A model generated the notes under the pieces. It did not search any database, was not told the DNA's origin, and saw nothing but the letters and a program-made list of their open reading frames with translations. A stretch of DNA of 64,000 bases from the NCBI GenBank assembly GCA_964016885.1, contig OZ024742.1:338396001-338460000 (forward strand), read 5' to 3'. Source of the DNA: Eledone cirrhosa (Eukaryota). Of the stretch, positions 14,650-28,113 are shown piece by piece; the stretch's first letter is position 1, and the number at the start of each line of letters is the position of its first letter. Position numbers and translations under genes: made by a program.

Positions 14650-14972
14650 AAGATTTCTAGGTGTTCTTACTCGTGATCAACTTAGATTCTCTCATATTGA
14701 ATTCTACAACTTTCAGCCGCTGACCCCGAGCTTTATGTAGTCATAGCAAAAATGGCTGTAACAGGGAACTGACATCTTGAGAATTTGAACGGTAGCTTGG
14801 TACAGAAAAGGATGAGAGGAATCTTGAGAATAAATTTCTTGGGGGCATTTTCTCCTGAATTGCCTCCAAGATTAGTAACCTCTTGCACACGGATCTTCTT
14901 CTTCTTGATTATTAAGCTTGTGCCATTGTGGATGGTCCATGTTTCTCAAAAGGATGATGGAAGTTCCGATCT
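14650..14972 (-). mobile_element. Helitron PIF1-like helicase remnant
   Basis: Manual translation across frameshifts: KIGTSIILLRNMD...GTSLIIK...LPFKFSRCQFPVTAIFAMT..KARGQRLKVV. Confidence 0.7.
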
Positions 14973-15044
14973 TGTATATTATATATAGATATAAATAACT
15001 ATATATATATAGTAATAAGAATAAATTTAATTAAAAATAATAAT

Positions 15045-15795
15045 GAAATTATTGTGTAAAGTGCTCAGGTGCACTACAACTCGTCAATATAGTACATAGA
15101 ATAATACACAAATGTCAGGGAAGTACATGTGTGTATGTGTTAGCTGTTCTGTTGGCGGATCTCGGGAAGCATGGAGGCCTTAAAGGATGCAGTGTCTCGA
15201 CAGCTAACAACTGATGCAGGTAGTTTGTTCCATGCTTCAGCAACTCTGAGGGTGAAAAAATGTTTCTGAAAGTCATGGGAACTGTGCGGGCATGTCCACG
15301 TGTGTTAGACACATGGAAATCGAAAAGGTACTCAGGGTTGTTGTTGGCAACATGGTTAACAATTTTGTGGGTGTTTACCAAGTCAGTTGCCAGGCGTCGG
15401 AGCTTCAATGGTAGATGCCTGATGGAGGGTATTCGCTTGGTTGCACGTCTCTGAACAGTTTCCAGGCGGTCAATGTCCTGAGCAAGATAGGGGTTCCAGA
15501 CTGGTGATGCAAATTCTAAGTGTGGTCGCACCATAGCTGTATGCAGCCTTAAATAGATATCTGGAGAGCGGCTGACAAAGGTCTTGCTGAGTGATGCTAA
15601 GACACCCTCGGCCCTCTTGACAATTTTAGAGACATGCCTCGTCCAACGCAAATCGCTGCTGACCGTAATGCCCAGGTCACGTTCACAGGAAGACTTCTTG
15701 ATATTAGTGCTGTGGAGGGAGTATGTGGACGCTGGGTTTTTACTCCCAAAATGCATGGTGGTGCACTTGTCCACAGCTAGCTTGAGTTGCCAGAT
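15045..15795 (-). mobile_element. CR1-type LINE 3' fragment
   Basis: ERDLGITVSSDLRW, MVRPHLEFASPVWNP, LETVQRRATK. Confidence 0.85.
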
Positions 15796-15847
15796 TTGAA
15801 GACTAAAATCCGAAGAGGGCTCGATAAGGATTATATATATATAAATT

Positions 15848-16170
15848 ATGAAAGTGGCAGAAAGGATATTAGCGCAACTAATTAGAGAAAGGGTCAAATT
15901 AGATGAGATGCAGTTTGGTTTTGTGTCTGGGAAAAGTACAACAGATGCCCTCTTCTTAGTGAGACAACTACAAAAGAGATTCTTAGAGAAGAATAAGCCA
16001 CTATACTTAGCTTTTGTTGACCTAGAGAAGGCCTTTGATAGGGTACCCCCGATCTGTCATCTGGTGGTCCTTAAGGAAACTAGGTGTAGAGGAATGGCTT
16101 GTGAGGACAGTGCAAGCTATGTACAGGGGTGCTGTCAGTAAAGTGAGAGTAGGAATGAAGTATTGTGATT
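15848..16170 (+). mobile_element. RTE LINE RT fragment
   Basis: QFGFVSGKSTTDALF...FVDLEKAFD, related to the 4.5-7.5 kb element. Confidence 0.8.
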
Positions 16171-16205
16171 AATAAAATAATATGTATATGGAGTGCTAAT
16201 TTAAT

Positions 16206-16392
16206 TGTTTCTACTTTAGGCACAAGGCCAGCAATTACCCAGTACATTACTGGTACTTTATTTTATCGACCCCGTAAGGATGAAAGGCAAAGTTAACCTC
16301 GGCGGGATTTGAACTCAGACTGTAAAGGGACGTAACTATGCTAGAAAGCATGGCGTCCGACCCTCTACTGATACTGCCAATCCACCGCCCCT
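16206..16392 (-). mobile_element. SINE, same family as 13131-13314
   Basis: Same body sequence, with TSD AGTGCTAATTTAAT at 16192-16205 and 16393-16406. Confidence 0.85.
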
Positions 16393-16579
16393 AGTGCTAA
16401 TTTAATATTTGTAAGAAATCCTAGACATGAATGGAATTATAATGGTCTATAATTTAGACAAGATCAACAATTTTTAGAAGGATAGGAAGTTGATTGCATT
16501 CACCTTGTAGGGATGAATTGTAAAGTTAATAATAATAATGGTTTCTTTCTTTATTTATTATTTTAATAATAATAATAAT

Positions 16580-19430
16580 AAAATTATTGTGTACAGTGCT
16601 CATATGCACTACAACTCATCAAAGGTGCATGTATAGTACATAGAATAATGTTCAAATGTCAGGAAAAAAAATACGTGTGCGTGTGTATGGAGGGGGGATT
16701 TCAGGTGTAGTGTTGGCGAATTTCAGGAAGCATGGAGGTTTTAAAGGATGCAGTGTCTCAACAGCTAACAACTGATGCAGGTAGTTTGTTCCATGCTTCA
16801 GCAACTCCGGGCATGACAAAATGTTTCCAAAAGTCATGGGAACTGTGCTTTTTTCTGACCTTGTAGGCATGCCCATGTGTGTTAGACACATGGAAATCAA
16901 AAAGGTGCTCAGGGTTGTTGTTGGCAAGATGGTTAATAATTTTGTGAGTGTTTACCAAGTTAGTTGCCAGACGTCGGAGCTTCAATGTATCCATGCCAGG
17001 GAAACAGGGCATTCAGAGTATGGTAGATGCCTGATGGAAGGTATTCACTTGGTTGCACGTCTCTGAACAGTTTCCAGGAGGTCAATGTTCTGAGCAAAAT
17101 AGGGGTTCCAGACTGGTGATGCAAATTCTAAGGGTGGCTGCACCACCATAGCTATAGCTTTAAATAGATAGCTGGAGAGCGGCTGACAAAGGTCTTGCTG
17201 AGTTAAGACACCTTCGGCTTTCTTGACAATTTTAGAGACGTGCTTCGTCCAACGCAAATCGCTGCTGACAGTAATACCCAGGTTATGTTCACAAGAAGAC
17301 TTATTGATATTAATGTTGTGAAGGGAGTATGTGGACTCTGGGTTTTTCCTCCCAAAATGCATGGTGGAACACTTGTCCACAGCCAACTTGAGTTGCAAGT
17401 CCGTGATACATTGCTGCATTGTGTCCAGGTCTGATTGCAGGAAAGATCTATAGTGTTCAGGATCTGTCCTTTTTATCTCAAGGTACATCTTGATGTCATC
17501 TGCATATTTCAGTATTGTGGCATTCTATAAGTTGGCATCTATGTCATTAATATATGCCACAAACAAAAGGGGACCAAGAACAGATCCCTGTGGTACACCA
17601 GATGACATCTCATACGGTGAGGAATGCTATCCTAGAACTGTGACTGATTGTAAACTTCTATCGATTATATCGATACCAGGGCTTCATTGGTACTTTATTT
17701 TATCAACATTCACCTGGAAATGATAAAAAGCCAATTTGAACAGAATCTTCCCACCACTGTTCTTAGTTAACCCTAACTATTCCTTTCTCCCATTACATTA
17801 TACAATTACCTTCTCACTATGTCATTAATATATGCCACAAACAAAAGGGGACCAAGAACAGATCCCTGTGGTACACCAGATGACATCTCATACGGTGAGG
17901 AATGCTGTCCTAGAACCGTGACTACCTCTCTTCGACTGAGAATGAAGTACTTCAACCAGTTAAAAAGATCATCCTTCACACCGATTGCAGAGAGTTTTGC
18001 CATAAGTCTTTTGTGTGGCACAGAATTGAAAGCTTTAGCAAAGTCAAGGTAAACAACATCCACCCATGAGCCGCCATCAGTGATCCGGATGATCTCTTCA
18101 AGAAACTCGATAAGTTGATCACAGCAGTTGGAATTAGGGATAAATCCAAATTGCGAGGGCCAGATAAGACTGAGTTCCAGAAGTTCCAAAGTGTTACTCT
18201 GACACAGGATTCCATCAGTTTGGCAATGCAGCTAGTAAGACTGACTGGACAATAGTTCACAGGTGACGTGCGGTCACCCTTTTGGAACAGAGGAACGACA
18301 CTGGCAGTTTTCCACTGCTCCAGAGTAACACCGTTGTTAAGACAGAATTGAAAGAAGAGTGATAGCTGGTGCAGAAGGAAGTACCCACCACGTTTAAGAA
18401 GCAGGTACGTAACACCATCAAGACCATGAGAGGCATGGTTGTTTATCCTCAAGGTGACGTTGCAGCATTGCAGGTGTAAACTCCATAGTTGTTATAAAAT
18501 TTGATGTCAGAGGTGGTGGAGATGGTACATTTTGGTCTCCAACAGTGAAAATGCCTGCATAGCATTCAGAAATGAGTTCTGTGCATTCCTTGGGGTCGTC
18601 AGTAATCTGGCTTGCGTGGGGATTGCGAAGAGGACTAACTGGCAGACATTTAAACAATACGATGACACCGTGCAGGGTAGACAAATCCCCTAAGTCCAGT
18701 AAGACAACTTCCCTAGTGCTGGTGGCACGAATAAAAGCACCCAGTCCATGCTGTAATATGGAGGGGTGGAGAGAGCTCCTGAATCCAGAAAGACAACCTT
18801 TCTTGTGCTGGTGGCACGAAGAAAAGCACCCAGTCCATGCTGTAAAGTGGTGCTGGTGTTAGGAAGGGCATTCAACCAGTATATATTAATGCCAAAAATT
18901 ATGAGCACAACAAATAAGTATTGCAATAACTGCGTAAACAGAGTTCTGTGCATTCCTTGGTGTCGTCAGTAATCTGGCTTGCGTGGGGATTGCGAAGAGG
19001 ACCGACTGGAGCGTGAGGCCTCTGCTTTGAGTGTACATATTTCCAGAACAACTTACTGTCAGGGTTGGTTGCTAAGCAGTCTTTTTTGTCACCTGCTTGA
19101 GATTGTTGGATGATTTATTTCGCTTTTTCCTATTGATATCTGATTTATCCAGTTTGTACTCACGCTCAGCATTACGACGTTCTTTCCTGTCAAGACGGAC
19201 TGCTGCAGTCTCCCAAATTGCACTTTTGGGATGTTTTTTCTGCTTACGTGGCACCAATGCTGCACATGCTGTCCATATTTAGTTCAGGATGTTCTTGAGT
19301 ACAGTGTTGACATCTCCAGAGTCGTAACATTCAAGCCAGTTTGGACGTTGCAGCTCGGAGAAGTAACAGTTCCAGTCTGCTTTATTCCAGTCAAAGTCAG
19401 CAGTTTGTAGATTGTTGTGGTTTTTTGTTA
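16580..19430 (-). mobile_element. CR1-type LINE, fragmented by insertions and local duplications
   Basis: RT motifs LDFAKAFNSVPH, SGVPQGSVLGPLLF and YADDIK. Interrupted by a SINE-like piece at ~17650-17810 and RTE-tail-like pieces at ~18690-18880. Confidence 0.85.
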
Positions 19431-20117
19431 CTGCCCATGAGGGACAGATTGGTAATGATCAGAGTCACCTAAAGGTTCCTCAGTAGTAATACTAATAACC
19501 ATGGGCTGATTGTAAACTTATAACGATTATATCGATACAAGGGCTTGATTGGTACTTTATTATATCAACATTCACCTGGAAATGATAAAAAGCAAACTTG
19601 AACAGGAAGAAATTTACTTTTCATCGGTGATTACCTTACATAGACCCATCTTCCCACCACTGTTCTTAGTTAACCCTGACTATTCCTTTCTACTATTACT
19701 TTCTCTCTCACTTTTCCACACCTCTTCTTTCTAATTACCTTACACTCCCCTTCCTCCCACTACACTTTTCTATTATTCCTCCCTCACATCACATTATATT
19801 AACTGCGGATTTATATTTACATTTACTTCCGCTCTGTATTTTGTTTCTTAAATATTTTATGACAATTGTATAAATAACATTACAAATTGTTATAATTCTT
19901 TCAGAATGAAAATATAAACACATAATAAATACAATTAATTATTGCTAGGAACCTCACAGATATAACACACCAAAGTATACGATCAGAGCGAGAGAAAGAA
20001 AAAAAAAGTGTAAACAAAGACAACCACTAATTCACAACTAAGTGCGACAATTGATGACACACAATAGGGGTCAAATGAACATTTTGTGGCAAGCCAACAC
20101 ACTTGCAGCATTACGAC

Positions 20118-20465
20118 TGGTCTGAAATTTTACATCTTTTCACTTCTCACCTTTCTGATATAAAGTATCTTTATCTGAAATATATTATCTGTCCCACACG
20201 GAACATATGAGATTAACAATAGAGAAATATTTGAATTGAAAAACTATCGGAGGAACATACGAAGAAGAGGTAAGTAATTTTGAAAGAAGTTATTTGTGAA
20301 ATTTTATTCATAAACGTGAATTGTTGGTGATATTCTGTGTAACTTATAACATAAATATATATGAATAAATAATCTACAAAGGATCAACGTGACAACATCT
20401 GTTTAATTAACAAAATTACATTTTTCCCAACTCGATTCTGTTTTAGCATTTCCCGCCAATTATGT
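20118..20465 (+). repeat. Second copy of the 55-410 block
   Basis: High identity to 55-410, with canonical GAG|GTAAGT at ~20269. Confidence 0.8.
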
Positions 20466-21030
20466 ATCCATATATATTATGCACACACACATATGTATAT
20501 TTAATGTAGAAGAAAAACAAACACTAGGCGTGATGTATGGGAAAAGTGAAGAATTTTATCAAAAGTTCGTTCTATAACATGTTTGAATACATAATACTAG
20601 TTGCATAATAATTGCCCATTCACTAGCAATACGCTGAATATTGCATTTCTTCAGAAAGATTTCAAAGTACGAAGTAAGTTTGTCGCATCTTGCAGTAAAA
20701 ATATTTCTACTGCTATCTGCTCTGAATAAAAGGCAACTGGACTAAAAAGCGAGGTAGAAAGGATATAATTTGGAGGGACAGAAAGAGTGGGAAATAAGTA
20801 ATAAAAACAATTAAAAAAATTAGTTATGAAAAATGTAATGAGATAGAATAAAGAACCCCCAAAACTAAGGGGTGACAAATTTACTTTTACATAAACACGC
20901 ACACACACACACACAAATATATATATATAAGTATTGAAGTTTTCGTTGAAAATTGAAAAAGTCATAGGAGTGAAGAGTGCTCAACGTAAGTTACAGAGCT
21001 AAATTTAATGTATTATAAACAATACAATAT

Positions 21031-21099
21031 AATTACCTCATTACCAGAGGTTTCACGAATACAAGAAACGTCCTCATTCGTTCGTCATACAAGGCAATT
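21031..21099 (-). ncRNA. Type I hammerhead-like motif with a C3-to-A core change, probably inactive
   Basis: Minus strand: AATTGCCTTGT-ATGACGA-ACGAAT..ATTCGT-GAAA-CC TCT GG-TA-ATGAGGTAATT. Stem I is 11 bp including G-U pairs. Confidence 0.65.
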
Positions 21100-21770
21100 T
21101 AAAACTGAAATATTTGAAAAAATTTCCTGAAGAAAGGCAAAAGTTTAACGGGCAAAAAAAAAATATAAATAAAAGTAATGCAAGAGATATATAAAAATAA
21201 AATAAGGAAATATAGTAAGGTTATGTGTATAAATGTGTGTATATGCACCTGCAAATGTACATGCATGTGTATAGTGAAAAAATATGCGTAAGTACATACA
21301 TGAGGGCAAGCATATCAGTGTATGTGTGACCACAAATACGTATATAGTATATGTTGAAAAAAGAAATTGTAAGATAATAGAGTTAGCGTACATCCAGACA
21401 CAGGGACTAAGGATTGAAATATATACACATACAAGTATGAAAGCACGCGTATAAACACACACACGCGCAACCACATACATGCATGTAATATATACAGGGA
21501 AGGGAGTGTATCAGTCAAAGCAGTGACAGGCTGAAGGTCAATACAGATATAAAAATATGAAAATGAAAAATATATGAGAATAAAAAAAATTAAATCAAAG
21601 GGAAAGTAAGAAGGAGGGGTTATCAATTATAAAGTAACACTAGAAAAAATAGAAAACATACAGAGGTTCGTACGCACATATATATATATATATACGTACA
21701 TACAAAAGCGCGCATACATACACACGAAGCACATATATATACATACATGTACATCTAATCACACGCAGGC

Positions 21771-21818
<48 letters not shown>

Positions 21819-22021
21819 TTAAGGATACTATTTATGGTTATGTATGTAATAAAACCTTTTATGGTTATATATTTTTTATACAAACCCTAAATAGTGAAAG
21901 ATAGTCATTAATTACTATCTTATTACCAGTAAGATAAATAGCTCAATGTAATAACATCGGTTGTTTTACAGAGCAGTTATATAGAGATTACAATAATCAA
22001 AGTTCAGTTTAAATCATTTAT

Positions 22022-22070
22022 TTGCTTACAATTGTTTCCTCCAAACCGAGGTTTGGATTCTTCGGAGCAA
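22022..22070 (-). ncRNA. Type I hammerhead ribozyme (CCGAAGA core, palindromic helix III)
   Basis: Minus strand: TTGCT-CCGAAGA-A-TCCAAAC-CTCG-GTTTGGA-G-GAAA-CAATTG-TA-AGCAA. Confidence 0.8.
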
Positions 22071-22854
22071 CTATTTAGTGATCTATAACATACTTGACCT
22101 CCTTTTCAACACAAGAGACATATGCACATATTGACCCACAGTGAGATGACATCCATCAAAATGATATAGCATGGCAAATTACATATAAAGGTTAAAGGAT
22201 AAAAATAAAAATAAAAATGAAGCATTGGCAGTTTATGAAGATACAGCAAGAGGAAAGTTTAGAGTAGTCAGTGTATGGAACAATCTCACGTGTAGCATGC
22301 ACGCGTGTCTTATTTATACAGGATTAGAGTGCGTCAGATTGTTACTTGCAGGGTCAGGCAGTAGAAGCAGGCAATCGATAGTATTATGTGGGCTGAATTA
22401 TTAAATCATTTTTTCCCATACACCTGTATGATATACAATCCCGAATGTAGAGAAACACCAAAATATCAAAAATCTCAAACATATTATAAAACATATTATA
22501 TCGTAGGCAAAACAGTACCACTGTCTTTGCGCACACCACCACTCACATAATCCATGAGTCGCAATATATAGACCACGGGTCTATCATATAATCCACGATG
22601 GTTCGGCATATAACCAAGTTATAAACCATATCTTGTCGATTCTTAATTAATAGATCATGTTGTTTAGTTTTGTGTGATGATATTATATTCCGGAAGTGTG
22701 TGTGTGACCAAGGGGAGTTAATGCGTAAGGGGAGGTAACTAGCTATTTTACTTCGTTAAATTTATTATCCTAAATTACATTAATGGTGTTTCAAATAAGT
22801 GCCTATCAAATGAAGTTATAACTAATTTCTAGATTATGTTACGTATCTATAGGT

Positions 22855-23485
22855 TACAGTGTTGTCTATTAAGAAGTACTAAAGGTGTATATATCAGGAT
22901 GATTACCTTCTATTAAGGGGTGTCATATCTGAACATTCTATAAGAAGAGTCAGACCCACAAATCAATGTTCTTAGTAAGTGTAATTCCACCCGCAGGACC
23001 TGGCATGGTCCTATTATTATATATGACTCCCGGTAAGCTCTGGGTCATTGTATGTCTGAATCCCTGGCAAATTTGAATATCTCCAGGGTGGTCTGGAGAT
23101 CAAATCTCCCATATAAAGTCACCAATCTGGCCATCAAGCAATACATAAACTCCCATCTCATATATAAATTAAATTAGGTATCTTATCTACAAATTAGAGT
23201 GGAGTCTATTAATAAGTACTAAAGGAGTTCATATCATGATGATTATAATCTAATATGGAGTGCCACACCTGGACAATCTATAAGAAGAGTCAGACTTCAA
23301 AATTAATTATATGGGTCTCACTACTAATAAGGGTCTTATTATCATACAAGACTCCCGGTAAGTTTCGGGTCATTGTATGACTGCATCCCCGGTAAATTTA
23401 AATATCACCAGGGTGGTCCGGGGACCAGTTCTCTCATCAAAAGATACTAATCAGGTCATCAAGCAACACAGAAACTCCTAACTCA
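22855..23485. repeat. Diverged ~330 bp direct repeat, two copies
   Basis: Anchors aagtactaaagg, ctataagaagagtcagac, gactcccggtaag and catcaagcaa each occur twice (~22855-23160 and ~23199-23485). Confidence 0.7.
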
Positions 23486-23906
23486 TGTATCACCTGTGCA
23501 TAATTCATTGTACTCATCGTATAGAATATATAGTCACATAATAATAAGATTACTTACTTAATCATCAATCTATCTCATGGTGGCACTCCATGCACAGGAT
23601 TATGTTAGCACAACCAATACCGTGTCCACAGTTTATATTGCAAGCAGGGAAAAGCGGATGTAAAATGAATGAATATATATATATATACATATACAATATT
23701 AAATAAATGGAAAACTATATTTATAAAACCATATTTATTTCATTATATATATTTCGGGGATATCATATTAACAATATGCTATGCCTCCATCAGACAAAAT
23801 ACAATATAAACAGTTTTATAGATAAATATATTCGACATATCAGTTATAAATATTTACTAGTTGTAACCCAACAATTTTAAATATAACTTTACATGTATAT
23901 ATATAC

Positions 23907-23973
<67 letters not shown>

Positions 23974-23976
23974 CAC

Positions 23977-24009
<33 letters not shown>

Positions 24010-24083
24010 CATATATATATACATATATATATATACATATATATATATATTATTATTATGTAATAAACAACATAAGGCAATTA

Positions 24084-24143
24084 TTCCATTTACCAGTGGT
24101 TTCTTAAAAGCAAAAGGTTTTGCTTTCAATCCTCAGAACGAAA
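24084..24143 (-). ncRNA. Type I hammerhead ribozyme with intact core
   Basis: Minus strand: TTCGTT-CTGAGGA-TTGAAAGCAAA..TTTGCTTTTAA-GAAA-CC ACT GG-TA-AATGGA, cleavage triplet GUA. Confidence 0.8.
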
Positions 24144-24462
24144 AAATCCTGGTTTGTTTATTGAATTTAGATTACAAAAACAAAAATGCACTCTATATGA
24201 AAGTGAGGCTGGAGAAGGAAAGGAAAAATAAAATAAAATAAAACTACACATGCAAACACACACATGAAAACACACAAAAAAAAAAAAAAAAAAAAAAAAA
24301 CCCCAAAAGCATACTTACACACAAAGAAATATATACATATATATATGTACGCATACATATATACATATACACATATATATAAAACGTACACTTACATACA
24401 CATACACATATATACACACATATACACATACATACATTAATACATATACACACACGCACACA

Positions 24463-24493
<31 letters not shown>

Positions 24494-24519
24494 GCATACA
24501 CACACACATATATATATGT

Positions 24520-24557
<38 letters not shown>

Positions 24558-24996
24558 ATATATATATACACACATACACATACACACACATACACATGTG
24601 TGTGTACAAGCATACACATACACAAACATAGCCATACACACACACATATATATACACACATACATACATTCACACAAACATACAAAACGTACATACATAC
24701 ACATACATGAATGCACTCCTCTAAATATTCACACACGCAAATAAATATAAGAAAAAAATATTATATATATATATTAAAAATTTTTGACAGCGATACATGC
24801 CCCAGCTAACAGGACAGACACGCGTGGTAAGTAATACACACAAAAGCACGTATACATACGTACGAAATAGTAAACACATACACACTCTCATACATAAATA
24901 TACATAAACAAATACAAAAACACATACATACACATACATACACAAACATGCACACGTATACAATATAAACACACACACATGTATATGTAATTATAT

Positions 24997-25069
<73 letters not shown>

Positions 25070-25106
25070 TATACATACATATATATACAAAAATATAAAA
25101 ATATAA

Positions 25107-25146
<40 letters not shown>

Positions 25147-25310
25147 GTAAACACACATATACATACATAGCTAAGCAATTATACACATGCAAATACGTAT
25201 ATATCAAAAACACGCACAACCAAATACAAATACACACACACAGACACACACACACAACCACACACACACATATATATACATAAAAAAATAATAAATACAC
25301 ACACATATAC

Positions 25311-25361
<51 letters not shown>

Positions 25362-25511
25362 TACACATATACGTACATATACACATATGCATACACATAC
25401 ACACACACATATACATGTGTGTATGTGTAAAACTCAGTATTAGAAAAGACAAATGAACCTTACATAAACGTATATATAGTAGTAAAGTAATAAAGCAACA
25501 TAAGGCAATTA

Positions 25512-25570
25512 TTCCATTCACCAGAGGTTTCTTAAAAGCAAAAAATGTTTCCTTCAATCTTCAGAATGAA
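25512..25570 (-). ncRNA. Decayed paralogue of the 24.1 kb hammerhead (GUG triplet)
   Basis: Minus strand: TTCATT-CTGAAGA-TTGAAG..CTTTTAA-GAAA-CCTCTGG-TG-AATGGA. Shares the flank caacataaggcaattattccatt. Confidence 0.65.
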
Positions 25571-25650
25571 AAAAAAGAAAAAAACCTGGTTTATCCACAT
25601 ATACATACATATACACACACAAATATACATATATATATACACATACACAT

Positions 25651-25681
<31 letters not shown>

Positions 25682-26330
25682 CATACATATATACATATAT
25701 ATATACATATATATATATACACACAAAAATACATACACATACACATAGGTATGTGAAGGGCAAAACAAAAAGAATATATGGGGGGGGGGGCTAAGAGGAG
25801 GTAAAATATAAGGGGAGGTAAGGGAGAAAAATTTTTTGTAAATATACAGAAGTACAGAAGGTAGAATCAGCAAAATAAAAACCGTAGCAGAAGTAAAGAG
25901 CAGAGAAGGAGCTCAAGGCGGTTGATTTATCATATATATATATATATATACATATATATGGTGGCTGCCAACTCGTTTTCGAGTACGGCCACTACTTTAT
26001 ATCCATGTAGGAGAACCCCTACCGATGCGCTGAACGAGTGTGACTTTTTAGTCCAGCCAGCGACTTGAAAACTCTGGTACAAACACTACACTTGTGACAA
26101 TTATTGACACATAGTGCTGGGCCCATGGTACCATGTGACGACAAGTGCAGAGAGATCTCCAGATATAAAGCAATGCCTGTGCCGTGAAGCTTTTATAGTG
26201 AGCAAAGGCACTACACAAAGCCAGTCCCACTCTCTTAACCAAGATGATATTTACCAAAAAGAACAAGTCAACATCATTGGATACCATCATATATATATAT
26301 ATGTATATATACATATATATATACATATAC

Positions 26331-26363
<33 letters not shown>

Positions 26364-26410
26364 TATATACATATACATATATATATATACATATATATAT
26401 ATACATATAC

Positions 26411-26459
<49 letters not shown>

Positions 26460-26479
26460 CACATATATATATATATATA

Positions 26480-28113
26480 TCATCATCATCATCATCGTTT
26501 AACGTCCATGTTCCACGCTTGCATGGGTTTGGACGGGAGTTTTCCCACTTGAGGCAAGAGTGGTTGTCTTGCTCGCATAGGACTGTCTGGCGGGTTTTCT
26601 ACAGCTGGATGCCCTTCCTATCACCAACCACATTTACAGTGTGGGACTGGGAGGTTTTTACCGTGTTGCCTACACGGCCACATTACAGCGTAGACTGTGT
26701 TTTTTTTTTGTCGTGACACCTACACGATCTCATTTGTTTCGGCCTGGATGTTGTGGCACCAACATAACTTTACATTGAAAGGGGTGGTGTGGATGGGGTG
26801 GGGGTGGTGGGACGGGGGTGTATTTTGTTAGAGATGCCTACTGACTGTAGTAGATTTTAGTAGAATTTAGTTTGTAGTAGAATTTAGTTTGTATTTAGGT
26901 AAGGCGGGTCTTCTCTATTACAGAGTACCGCCAAAGATCTCGGTCCAGTGACATTGTCTTGGAGAGGTGTAAGTGTGTGAGGTCGGAGTTTATCAGCTCG
27001 TCCCAGGATTTTCTAGGTCTGCCTATTCCGTGGCTACCGTCTATCTTTATTGCCCTGCACTTTGTTATACAGCTATCGACTTTCATGCGCATCAAGTGTC
27101 CGTACCAACGTAGCCTTCTCTCGAGTAAACATCTGATCCCTCTTATTTCTAATTTTTTCCTTAGTTCGTTTATGCTTTGCCGTTCACGTATATTACTATT
27201 ACACATCCAGCGGAGCATGCAAGCTTCGTTCCTCTCTAGTCTGCGTATATCCTCTGCACACAATGCCCAGGTCTCACTGCCATGCAACATTGCTGTTCGT
27301 ATGCAGGCATCATACAGCCTGCCTTTCATTTTTATGGAGAACCCTTTAGCGGCTAATAGTGGTATAAGCTCTCTGAACTTTTTCCATCCAGTTTTGACTC
27401 TAGCTACTGTACTTTCAGAGCACCCTCCCCCACTGCTGATTTTGTCACCCAGGTAACGGAAGCTGTCCACTATTTCTATAGAACCCTCTGCGCAATTGAA
27501 AGAGCTAGTATTTTGTGGGCACTTGCTGCTACTTATTGCACCAGAGCACCGGCCACATGTAAAATCTATGTTCTTAGTTAGCTTACCTGTGATCCCACTA
27601 CATCTTTTATGCACCCATACTTTGCATTTGGGACATAAAATGGAGTTTCTACCTACGCCTTTCCTACACACTGAGCATGGCCATTTCCCGGAAGGGACCG
27701 GCGCCTTATTTTCTTTCCTACAAACTAGAACTTTAGTCTTAGTCATATTAATTTTAAGGCCTTTTGATTCTAGGCCGTGCTTCCATGTTTGGAATTTCTT
27801 CTCTAGCTCGGCCATTGATTCAGCTATGAGCGTTAGATCATCTGCGTATAGGAGTTCCCATGGGCAGCCGGTCTTGAACTCCACTGTTATAGCCTGAAGG
27901 GCAATAATAAATAGTAGGGGCCTAAGAACAGAGCCCTGATGAACACCAACTTTTACGCTAAACTCTTCACTATATTCGTTGTTAATTCTAACCTTGCTGA
28001 CTGTTTCTTTATACATGGCTTGTATAGCTCTTACAAGCCATTCATCAACACCTAGTTTTCTAAGAGCCCACCAGATAATGGAATGGGGGACTCTGTTGAA
28101 GGCTTTCTCCAAG
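26480..28113 (-). mobile_element. RTE LINE, 5'-truncated within RT, same family as 4457-7490
   Basis: 405-aa ORF with LYADD and an uninterrupted C-terminus, same 3' UTR and (GAT)n tail. Confidence 0.92.

Noticed and set aside
26025-26080. CTGAACGA...GAAA motif
   Set aside because: Wrong core spacing and no consistent helices.
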